This document shows, piece after piece, positions 1 through 6,613 of a DNA stretch of 62,391 nt (position 1 is the stretch's first letter; every line of letters starts with the position of its first letter). The translations under genes and the position numbers were made by a program. The stretch comes from a virus (taxonomy: Duplodnaviria > Caudoviricetes): the IMG/VR virus record IMGVR_UViG_3300046004_001609, positions 1-62,391 of that record; one strand, given 5' to 3'. The notes below the pieces were generated by a model. That model was given only the letters and a program-made list of their open reading frames with translations. It ran no database searches and had not been told where the DNA came from.

Positions 1-251
1 CCCATGCGCGTTAGTATCCATATATATGGGGCGCGTTGAAAGAGTGAGTGTAGATTAACACTCACCACTCGTACAACCTTTACACCCCGATGTTGTATAT
101 AAGTATATAAAAGCACCCTGCGCTCAAACACCAAACATAACCCACAAATCGCACTCACATTTTCAGAAAACCCCTTTTGTATAAATCCACATAAAATCGA
201 AATCCTTGAGATCCAAAAATTTTCATACGTCAACAAAGTATATACTTATAT

Positions 252-280
252 TTGGATTCCAGAAAAACTATTATTATATT
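252..280 (+). promoter_or_regulatory. Bipartite early/middle promoter TTGG-N19-TATATT
   Basis: TTGG 252-255 and TATATT 275-280; the same 19-nt spacing recurs at six other sites; resembles the Bacteroidota -33/-7 promoter. Confidence 0.65.
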
Positions 281-286
281 TATAAC

Positions 287-463
287 ATGGAAAATAAAAT
301 AAAAAATTTAATAGCATTTTTGCTAATTAGTGGATTTTGGTATAGCGTATTTTCATTTATTATGTGGGAACCAAACGCGTTTGCTTGGCATTGGGGTGTG
401 CGCTTATTGTACTCTTTGGTTATAATTGGTACGTTACATCATAGCGAATTTAAGGAAGACTAG
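287..463 (+). CDS. Small membrane protein, two TM helices (58 aa)
   Basis: ATG 287 lies just downstream of the promoter and is preferred to the track's TTG 206; two hydrophobic segments. Confidence 0.7.
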   Translation: MENKIKNLIAFLLISGFWYSVFSFIMWEPNAFAWHWGVRLLYSLVIIGTLHHSEFKED

Positions 464-514
464 TATATACGTATTAACGTATGAAGTGTAGGGTGTGTGC
501 TTATTCAAGTAAAT

Positions 515-586
515 GCTCCGTTCGTCTAGGGGCTAGGACGTGTCCCTTTCACGGATGAAACACGGGTTCGATTCCCGTACAGAGTA
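515..586 (+). tRNA. tRNA-Glu (UUC), CCA not encoded
   Basis: Acceptor GCTCCGT/ACAGAGT (one mismatch); anticodon stem TGTCC/GGATG with loop CTTTCAC; T arm ACGGG-TTCGATT-CCCGT. Confidence 0.9.
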
Positions 587-590
587 CAAA

Positions 591-691
591 AGGTTGATTG
601 GGGAATACTGCTTATGCAGAGGAGGAGGTTAAAAGCCAAAGTAATGCCAATCGTAATAGTAGTTGTACACGCGCCCATCCTCTACTATCCT
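591..691 (+). ncRNA. Putative structured RNA, family unknown
   Basis: Non-coding and GC-richer; pairings AGG/CCT, GATTGG/CCAATC, CTGC/GCAG, TAGTAG/CTACTA. Confidence 0.5.
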
Positions 692-811
692 CAAAAGTAG
701 AAACAACACCTCCCCAGTTTCTTGTTCAGCGCGCATGGAAGGATTTATAAGGAGGTTGAGAATGGATGACGTTAGTCTTTTGTAATCCGTCAATAAACAG
801 AAAAAGGCGTT

Positions 812-896
812 AGTCAGGTGGCGGAATGGAGAGACGCAGCCCTATCAGGGGTAGAGGCGAAAGAAACTCATACAGGTTCGAATCCTGTCCTGGCTA
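812..896 (+). ncRNA. tRNA-like element 1 (Leu-type frame, aberrant anticodon arm)
   Basis: Acceptor AGTCAGG/CCTGGCT plus A; D arm GCGGAATGGAGAGACGC; T arm ACAGG-TTCGAAT-CCTGT; no canonical 5-bp stem with 7-nt anticodon loop. Confidence 0.75.
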
Positions 897-898
897 CA

Positions 899-1018
899 GA
901 CAGCCCTCTACCTAGCGCTAGGTATGGATCGTAAAACACAGAAGGCCTCTTAACAATGCCCAAATATCTGTTCTCATCGTATAGGAGATAGGACGTTAGT
1001 TAACCTTTGCAAACTGTC
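899..1018 (+). ncRNA. Putative structured RNA, family unknown
   Basis: Closing GACAG/CTGTC; 16-nt palindrome TACCTAGCGCTAGGTA at 909-924; TCTC/GAGA hairpin. Confidence 0.45.
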
Positions 1019-1051
1019 CAACGTCGTTTAAACTACTTTAAAAGGTAATTT

Positions 1052-1150
1052 AGTCAGGTGGCGGAGAGGAAACGCTAACTATGAATAGTCTGAGGAGTGG
1101 AGCATAGTCCTATACTCCAATGACCACAGGTTCGAATCCTGTCCTGACTA
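1052..1150 (+). ncRNA. tRNA-like element 2
   Basis: AGTCAGG/CCTGACT plus A; same T arm as element 1; anticodon arm collapsed to ACTA-TGAA-TAGT; long GGAGT/ACTCC extra arm. Confidence 0.75.
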
Positions 1151-1165
1151 CAAACAAGTAAAACA

Positions 1166-1612
1166 ATGAAACAATTTTTAAAACAACTATTTAATAAAAA
1201 GCAAAAATCAAAAACAATGGTAGGAAAAAAAGTAAAATTAGTAAGTGCTCCATCAGGCAAGCTGAGTTCAGGCAATAGTTTTATTGGTAAAGGTGGCGAG
1301 TTTACTGTAATGTCTCCGTACAATGAACCAAATTCATGGAAGATTGGCCAATCTGGCATTCTAGCTGGATGGGTATATGAATGGGAAATGGAGGGTTTTA
1401 AGTTAGGAATTAAAGAACTTGAAAAAGAACTTTCAGAGACACAAACAAAACTTAACAACATCCAATTCAAAATTGATTGGATGACGGAAACCGGTTCGGA
1501 TGAATTTTCAGAAGATGAATTTAAAGTTTATCAAACTCTTAAATTACTAGAAGATGAGAAACTTTCACGACTTGAAAAAAGTAAATTGATTGCTGAATTG
1601 ATTAAGAAATAA
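1166..1612 (+). CDS. Hypothetical protein inside the RNA cluster
   Basis: 148-aa ORF with A-rich leader; alternative start at ATG 1217; C-terminal coiled coil. Confidence 0.75.
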   Translation: MKQFLKQLFNKKQKSKTMVGKKVKLVSAPSGKLSSGNSFIGKGGEFTVMSPYNEPNSWKIGQSGILAGWVYEWEMEGFKLGIKELEKELSETQTKLNNIQFKIDWMTETGSDEFSEDEFKVYQTLKLLEDEKLSRLEKSKLIAELIKK

Positions 1613-1619
1613 AAATACT

Positions 1620-1723
1620 AGTCAGGTGGCGGAATTGGTTAGACGCACTCCCCGAGTGAGAGAGCACCTCTAGTAATCACTCAAATAAACAAGGTGTTAC
1701 AGGTTCAAATCCTGTCCTGACTA
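1620..1723 (+). ncRNA. tRNA-like element 3
   Basis: AGTCAGG/CCTGACT plus A; D arm GCGGAATTGGTTAGACGC; T arm ACAGG-TTCAAAT-CCTGT; middle replaced by a GAGTGA/TCACTC stem. Confidence 0.75.
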
Positions 1724-1724
1724 C

Positions 1725-1925
1725 GCGTTCTGTTATCAACAGATAGTGTGCCCCACATGAAAAGAAACAGAGTGATGTCTGTAGGTGGTTTGGTATCACA
1801 GTAAGGCTGTGTGTGATTTGTTCAGTCACCTCAAGAAGGGGAAGAGTTTGTAGTAACCGTTGAACTATTCCTAACCCAGCAATGGGGACAGCCACAACAC
1901 CTGTAAGTTGGATAAAATAGGGTGT
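1725..1925 (+). ncRNA. Putative multi-stem structured RNA (~200 nt)
   Basis: TGT-G-CCCCA/TGGGG-ACA long-range stem; CACAG/CTGTG; GTTCA/TGAAC; ACACC/GGTGT; possible pseudoknot. Confidence 0.5.
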
Positions 1926-1934
1926 TAATTAAAA

Positions 1935-2138
1935 TTGCTGGTGGGGTAAGCATTGAAACAGAAGGATGCAATATTAAAGTTTTTGTATTTTTGAACTTAA
2001 ATAAAAATGCCTACAATTTGTTAGTTTAAGTAGCCATATAAACTATCTATTTTGTTTGTTTAGAAAAATAAACTAAGCTTGTAAATGAATTTCTTAGTAT
2101 TTATTATTTGGACGAGGGTTCGAATCCCTCCAGCTCCA
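1935..2138 (+). ncRNA. ssrA: tmRNA 3' portion, apparently truncated (5' boundary approximate)
   Basis: GGAC-GAGGG-TTCGAAT-CCCTC-CAGCTCC-A is a tmRNA tRNA-like-domain 3' end with U70 (Ala identity); no matching GGGGCTG 5' end was found. Confidence 0.6.
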
Positions 2139-2142
2139 CTAT

Positions 2143-2214
2143 TTTCCTTTCGTCTAATTGGCAGGACGAGACATTTTGGATGTCTAAATTGGAGTTCGAA
2201 TCTCTGAGGGAAAA
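2143..2214 (+). tRNA. tRNA-Gln (UUG), CCA not encoded
   Basis: Acceptor TTTCCTT/AGGGAAA; anticodon stem AGACA/TGTCT with loop TTTTGGA; T loop TTCGAAT. Confidence 0.88.
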
Positions 2215-2240
2215 CTTATTATATTTTATTATTTTTTATT

Positions 2241-2248
2241 ATATGTAT
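2241..2248 (+). promoter_or_regulatory. Putative late promoter ATATGTAT
   Basis: Member of the ATAYKTAT motif found upstream of about 20 genes. Confidence 0.55.
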
Positions 2249-2279
2249 AATAAAACAAATATATTAAAACTTTAAATAA

Positions 2280-2702
2280 ATGAAAAGATCAGAATTACAA
2301 TCACTAATTAATGAATGCATTGCTGAAGTATTAGCTGAAGATAAAAAAACAATAGCAATTGCTGAAATTAAACATATCATTGCTGAGAATGAGTTAAGTG
2401 AAGCTGATGTAGAAGAAGCTTTTTTAGGATTTGGAAAAAAACCTGAAGAAAAATTAGCTGAATTAGAAGCAGAATTAAAAAGTAAAAATTCTGAGACTTA
2501 TAAAAGTTGGGTAGATGCTATTAAAACATTAAAATGGAGAGAAAATGGAAAAATCCAAATGATGGCCGATTCTATTAAAAAATATGCTCAAGCATATGGA
2601 TATCCTAAAGATGGGAAGTATGTTGTTAATGGAAAAGTTATTAATTTTAATACTTCTAAAAAAGATAAAGGATTTAACCCTAACCCAATGGGTGGATTTT
2701 AA
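2280..2702 (+). CDS. Hypothetical protein with N-terminal helical tag
   Basis: Starts MKRSELQSLINECIAEVLAE; has its own promoter and terminator. Confidence 0.85.
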   Translation: MKRSELQSLINECIAEVLAEDKKTIAIAEIKHIIAENELSEADVEEAFLGFGKKPEEKLAELEAELKSKNSETYKSWVDAIKTLKWRENGKIQMMADSIKKYAQAYGYPKDGKYVVNGKVINFNTSKKDKGFNPNPMGGF

Positions 2703-2723
2703 TTAATACCAATATAATAATAG

Positions 2724-2748
2724 AGCCAATCGAAAGATTGGCTTTTTT
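2724..2748 (+). terminator. Rho-independent terminator
   Basis: AGCCAATC-GAAA-GATTGGCT followed by a T tract. Confidence 0.9.
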
Positions 2749-2750
2749 GT

Positions 2751-2779
2751 TTGGCTTCCATCACTCTTAAACGTATATT
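2751..2779 (+). promoter_or_regulatory. TTGG-N19-TATATT promoter
   Basis: Exact motif and spacing, directly after the terminator and before ORF 2805. Confidence 0.7.
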
Positions 2780-2804
2780 TAATCATAATTAAAAAATAAA
2801 GGTT

Positions 2805-3296
2805 ATGAAAAAGTTAGATGAATTAGTAGCAAATAGTTTAAATCCGTATACTATTGTACGTATGGTATCATTAAATACAGAAGAACAATTAGATAAAATT
2901 GAACATGACATGCCAGAATTTGAGAACGACATGACTGGTGATGTAGTTGAAATTGAAATTTCTCCTGTTGAATCGATAATTTTTATAAATAGAAATGATT
3001 TAATTACTTCTACTAGAAGATTAAAAGATATAGGTGTTAATTTTAAAGTGACTAATATTGTTAACGAAATATTTGAAATGAATAGCTTAGATGAGTTATT
3101 GTTAAGTTTAGAAATAGATGAAAATCCTGAACTTACTGCTGAGTTTTTTCCTGGGTTGCTTTGTCAAAGACAAAAAGCAATTAATATTATTAATTCAGTA
3201 TTTAAATCTAATTTTGATGTTGATGATGTATTAGATAGAATTAGGACTAAAGGTTCAGGTTCATTAAATGAATTTCACAAAAATATTTTAATTTAA
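2805..3296 (+). CDS. Hypothetical protein
   Basis: 163-aa ORF after a promoter; AAAGGTTATG start context. Confidence 0.8.
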   Translation: MKKLDELVANSLNPYTIVRMVSLNTEEQLDKIEHDMPEFENDMTGDVVEIEISPVESIIFINRNDLITSTRRLKDIGVNFKVTNIVNEIFEMNSLDELLLSLEIDENPELTAEFFPGLLCQRQKAINIINSVFKSNFDVDDVLDRIRTKGSGSLNEFHKNILI

Positions 3297-3355
3297 ACGT
3301 GCCCCGTTACATATTTATTAGTATACTAATTAAAAACAAATAAAAACAAAAATTT

Positions 3356-3532
3356 ATGAAAAATTTCATCATCACCGCAGTTACAGCTTTAATTCTAACT
3401 AGCTGCGTAACAGCAACAGAAGAAGTAGCAGCAGTACCTACAGTTGATAGCACTATCGTTATGGTAGATACTACAGCAGTTGATTCAATTTCAGTATCTA
3501 CACCAAGTGTAGCTACAACTACTGTAAAGTAA
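3356..3532 (+). CDS. Small lipoprotein (58 aa), absent from the ORF track
   Basis: MKNFIITAVTALILTSC signal with LTSC lipobox; S/T/V-rich body; ATATTTAT at 3311; hairpin downstream. Confidence 0.8.
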   Translation: MKNFIITAVTALILTSCVTATEEVAAVPTVDSTIVMVDTTAVDSISVSTPSVATTTVK

Positions 3533-3551
3533 TTAGAAAATGATTAAAACG

Positions 3552-3581
3552 GGTTGCTTCATATTAAGATATGGAGCAATC
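3552..3581 (+). terminator. Terminator-like hairpin
   Basis: GGTTGCTTCATAT-TAAG-ATATGGAGCAATC; weak T tract. Confidence 0.55.
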
Positions 3582-3681
3582 TTGGTTTAAATCAACGTTT
3601 TAAGTGATAAAAAATTTTATTCAATTAGTTATATAAAAATTAGTTAGTAATTTATTATAATCGCTTTTTAGTAATTTTAAA

Positions 3682-4113
3682 ATGAATATAAATAATATAT
3701 TTAATGCCTTTAATGAGGATTTTGAAGATGAAGAAACAGAAATGTTAATCGACTTTTCGGAACATCCTCTATATTGGATAGGGGGATTTAATAAAATAAT
3801 AGGTAACTATGCCTTCTTTAGTAAATATACTTCTAAAGTATTTAAAAACATTTCCCCTGAGTTAAATATTGATGATGTAGAAAAGGCAGGCGAATATTTA
3901 ATGTTTGATAAGGCATGGGGTTATATAAAGAATATAGATTTAAATAATACATTTCATATTAAATGTATAGGTAAGAAAGCATCTGTTGAATTTTTATCAA
4001 ATTTAAATGTGGCTATAACGTTTTACGAGCCATTAGAAGAATATGAAAAATGTGCTTTATTAAAAAATATAGAAAATAAAATTAAAGAATTTAAATTTGA
4101 ACTTGGCAGCTAA
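3682..4113 (+). CDS. Hypothetical protein with C-terminal UVR-like hairpin
   Basis: EEYEKCALLKN resembles the UvrB/UvrC motif. Confidence 0.75.
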   Translation: MNINNIFNAFNEDFEDEETEMLIDFSEHPLYWIGGFNKIIGNYAFFSKYTSKVFKNISPELNIDDVEKAGEYLMFDKAWGYIKNIDLNNTFHIKCIGKKASVEFLSNLNVAITFYEPLEEYEKCALLKNIENKIKEFKFELGS

Positions 4114-4131
4114 TTTTTCCGAACGTATACT
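4103..4131 (+). promoter_or_regulatory. TTGG-N19-TATACT promoter
   Basis: Same spacing as the other copies; upstream of ORF 4198. Confidence 0.6.
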
Positions 4132-4197
4132 TGGATTACGGGTTTTGAGATAAGAAATAAGAAATAGAGTTATAAACAAATAAAATAAAATAAACAT

Positions 4198-4392
4198 ATG
4201 AGAAACAGAGAAGCAGTGTTAAGAAAAATGGATAGTGTAGAATCTAACTTAACTAAATTATCATTTACCCTTAATCAAGGTAACCGTGAAGGTAGTCATG
4301 AAATAATTGAAAATGTCAGAGAACAAATAGAACAATTGAAGTTATATATTGAATCTGAACCAATTTCAGGAAGTGAATTAAATAAAGAATAA
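4198..4392 (+). CDS. Small helical hypothetical protein
   Basis: 64-aa ORF with A-rich leader. Confidence 0.75.
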   Translation: MRNREAVLRKMDSVESNLTKLSFTLNQGNREGSHEIIENVREQIEQLKLYIESEPISGSELNKE

Positions 4393-4413
4393 GAATAAAT
4401 ATAAATAAAAGTT

Positions 4414-5199
4414 ATGAAACTAACAGCCGAACAAATCCAGGATAACTGGAATCAATTTATAGGTTATATTGATACTTATATCTCAGAACCTAGAGCATCT
4501 AAACTAAAGGAATTCTATAACAAATATTCTGAACGAATTATCATGATGCCAGCGGCACATAAGAAAGAATATCATAATGCATTTCCTGGAGGATACATTG
4601 AACATGTTAATCGTGTTATTGATGCTTCACTTAAAATCAATTCAGTATGGGTTGAATTTGGAGTTGAACAAAATTATACTATTGAAGAATTAGTATTTTC
4701 AGCTATGAATCATGATTTAGGTAAAATGGGTGACGAGGAAAATGAATCATATATCCCCCAAACTGATCAGTGGCGTAAAGATAAATTAGGTGAAGATTAT
4801 ACATTTAATAATAAACTTGAATTTATGTCAGTACCAGATAGAGGTTTATTTTTATTAAATTCACATGGGGTTAGTTATACCAAAAATGAATGGTTGGCTA
4901 TCAGATTACATGATGGATTATATGATGAAGCGAATAAACCATATCTTTTATCTTGGGCTCCAGAAACTAAAGTTAGAACAGCATTAGTACATATAATACA
5001 TCAGGCTGATTTTTTAGCTGCTAAGGTAGAGTTTGAACGTGAATGGTTTCCTAAATTTAAAAGTAACTTGGCTAGTACAGGAAAAGGTAGTACATTAACT
5101 AATAATCAATCAACTAAAAAGGCTCCAATCAAAACAAAGGCATTAGGTAACATTCAAAGTGAAGGCCTAAAGAATGTAATGGATGGATTTTTTAATTAA
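4414..5199 (+). CDS. HD-domain phosphohydrolase (YhaM-like)
   Basis: HNAFPGGYIEH, HDLGK, RLHDG and HQAD motifs. Confidence 0.85.
   Translation: MKLTAEQIQDNWNQFIGYIDTYISEPRASKLKEFYNKYSERIIMMPAAHKKEYHNAFPGGYIEHVNRVIDASLKINSVWVEFGVEQNYTIEELVFSAMNHDLGKMGDEENESYIPQTDQWRKDKLGEDYTFNNKLEFMSVPDRGLFLLNSHGVSYTKNEWLAIRLHDGLYDEANKPYLLSWAPETKVRTALVHIIHQADFLAAKVEFEREWFPKFKSNLASTGKGSTLTNNQSTKKAPIKTKALGNIQSEGLKNVMDGFFN
5068..5096 (+). promoter_or_regulatory. Intragenic TTGG-N19-TACATT promoter
   Basis: Exact spacing; lies in the 3' end of the HD gene, upstream of ORFs 5257 and 5528. Confidence 0.5.
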
Positions 5200-5214
5200 C
5201 TAATAATTAAACTT

Positions 5215-5246
5215 AAAGGTTGTGATTAATTTCACGACCTTTTTTT
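5215..5246 (+). terminator. Rho-independent terminator
   Basis: AAAGGTTGTGA/TCACGACCTTT stem plus T tract. Confidence 0.8.
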
Positions 5247-5256
5247 ATTTAAAACT

Positions 5257-5523
5257 ATGATAACAATTATTATTTTATCAATTATAGTATTAGTACTAGG
5301 ATTTACTAGTTACAATTTACTTAAAAAAAACGAAAAGTGCGAGGACATAATTAAATCATATGAAGAATACATGATTAATTTATCTGCAACAATTGAATCA
5401 TCAGATAAAAAACTAAAAGAAATTGATTCTAAAGGTACATTTGAAGGTGATGATGAAGTAGGTTACTTTTTTAAACAACTAATATTCTTGCAAGAACAAT
5501 TAAACATCTTCAAAGTTAAATAA
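5257..5523 (+). CDS. Membrane-anchored coiled-coil protein
   Basis: N-terminal hydrophobic helix followed by heptad-like sequence. Confidence 0.8.
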   Translation: MITIIILSIIVLVLGFTSYNLLKKNEKCEDIIKSYEEYMINLSATIESSDKKLKEIDSKGTFEGDDEVGYFFKQLIFLQEQLNIFKVK

Positions 5524-5527
5524 AAAT

Positions 5528-6229
5528 ATGTCTAAGAACTATTTCACCCAGGAAACTGAAGATGCTATTATAGCATATAATTCTAGTACTGACTTTGAAG
5601 AAAGAAGTAGAATATATGAAACTAAAATTCATTATGCTTTTTTTAAATTAACTCAAAATATTATTCACACATTTAAATTTTACTACACTGAAGTAAATAA
5701 TATTGAAGATTTACAACATGAAGTAATTACATTTCTTTTATCTAAAATACATAAATTTGATCCAACCAGAGGAGCAAAAGCCTATTCATATTTTGGAACT
5801 ATTGTCAAACGATGGTTAATTTTATATAATGAAACTAACTATAAAAAGCGCGTTAAATCAACTCCAATTTCAACAATTGAAGAAGATGGTAACCACTCTT
5901 ATATTACTGATGAAAACAATACATCAGTTAATAAATTATCTCAAAATGATAAATTATCGTTATTCATAGATTTATATGTTGAATATTGTACATTAAATAT
6001 TTATAATTTATTCCCAAAAGAAACAGATGCTAAAATAGCCGATGCCGTTCTTGAGCTATTCAGAAAGCGAGAAAATTTAGATGTATTTAATAAAAAGGCA
6101 CTATACATATATATTAGAGAGATGATAGATGTAAAAACACCTAAAATTACTAAAATAGCGGATAAATTATATGATACATATAAAAAAGGTTACATATTTT
6201 ATATAGAAAACGGATATATAAAATTTTAA
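5528..6229 (+). CDS. Phage sigma factor (gp55-like, sigma70 region 2)
   Basis: EDLQHE...KFDPTRGAKAYSYFGTIVKR matches the sigma region 2 pattern (FDP....F.TY). Confidence 0.75.
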   Translation: MSKNYFTQETEDAIIAYNSSTDFEERSRIYETKIHYAFFKLTQNIIHTFKFYYTEVNNIEDLQHEVITFLLSKIHKFDPTRGAKAYSYFGTIVKRWLILYNETNYKKRVKSTPISTIEEDGNHSYITDENNTSVNKLSQNDKLSLFIDLYVEYCTLNIYNLFPKETDAKIADAVLELFRKRENLDVFNKKALYIYIREMIDVKTPKITKIADKLYDTYKKGYIFYIENGYIKF

Positions 6230-6266
6230 TAGTTCATATTTATAATAAATAAATACTAATAAAATT

Positions 6267-6611
6267 ATGAGTAGTTTAGATTCCGACATATTTGGTGATA
6301 AAAAACTTAAGGATCTTTTTCAAGAGATATATAATAATCAAAAGAAAAAAGAAAAACAAATATCTTCATTAATTGATGAATTAAAACCAATGATCGAAAG
6401 TATTGGTGACGCTACATTAATTGTACCATTACTTAAAGAATATTTAGAAATAGGTGTTAAAAATGATGAGCAATTAATTAAAATGGCTACTATTATTCAA
6501 CGTTGTTTAACTACTAATAATAGCGGAACAGGTGAGGATGGTTTTACTATTTCGGATGCTGAAAAAGAGCAACTATTGAAAGATATAAATAAAATAAACG
6601 AGAATAAGTAA
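6267..6611 (+). CDS. Hypothetical helical protein, possibly small terminase subunit
   Basis: 114-aa helical ORF after a late motif; function is inferred from size and helical pattern only. Confidence 0.6.
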   Translation: MSSLDSDIFGDKKLKDLFQEIYNNQKKKEKQISSLIDELKPMIESIGDATLIVPLLKEYLEIGVKNDEQLIKMATIIQRCLTTNNSGTGEDGFTISDAEKEQLLKDINKINENK

Positions 6612-6613
6612 AA

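Noticed and set aside
839-852. Opal suppressor or Sec tRNA (TCA in the loop)
   Set aside because: No 7-nt loop with U33 before TCA, and ORFs translate cleanly in the standard code.
587-1020. HDV-like (theta) ribozymes after the tRNAs
   Set aside because: I could not build the nested double pseudoknot by eye; a motif search is still worthwhile.
812-1723. CRISPR-like repeat-spacer array
   Set aside because: The repeats are tRNA acceptor/T arms with irregular spacing of hundreds of nt, and no cas genes are present.
1729-1765. SAM-I riboswitch (TTATCAACAG...GCCC...ATGA)
   Set aside because: The GCAACC and GTGC core elements are absent and no downstream gene is regulated.
1075-1895. Minus-strand ORFs 1075-1470 and 1677-1895
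   Set aside because: They are antisense to a plus-strand gene and to RNA elements, with no recognisable motifs.
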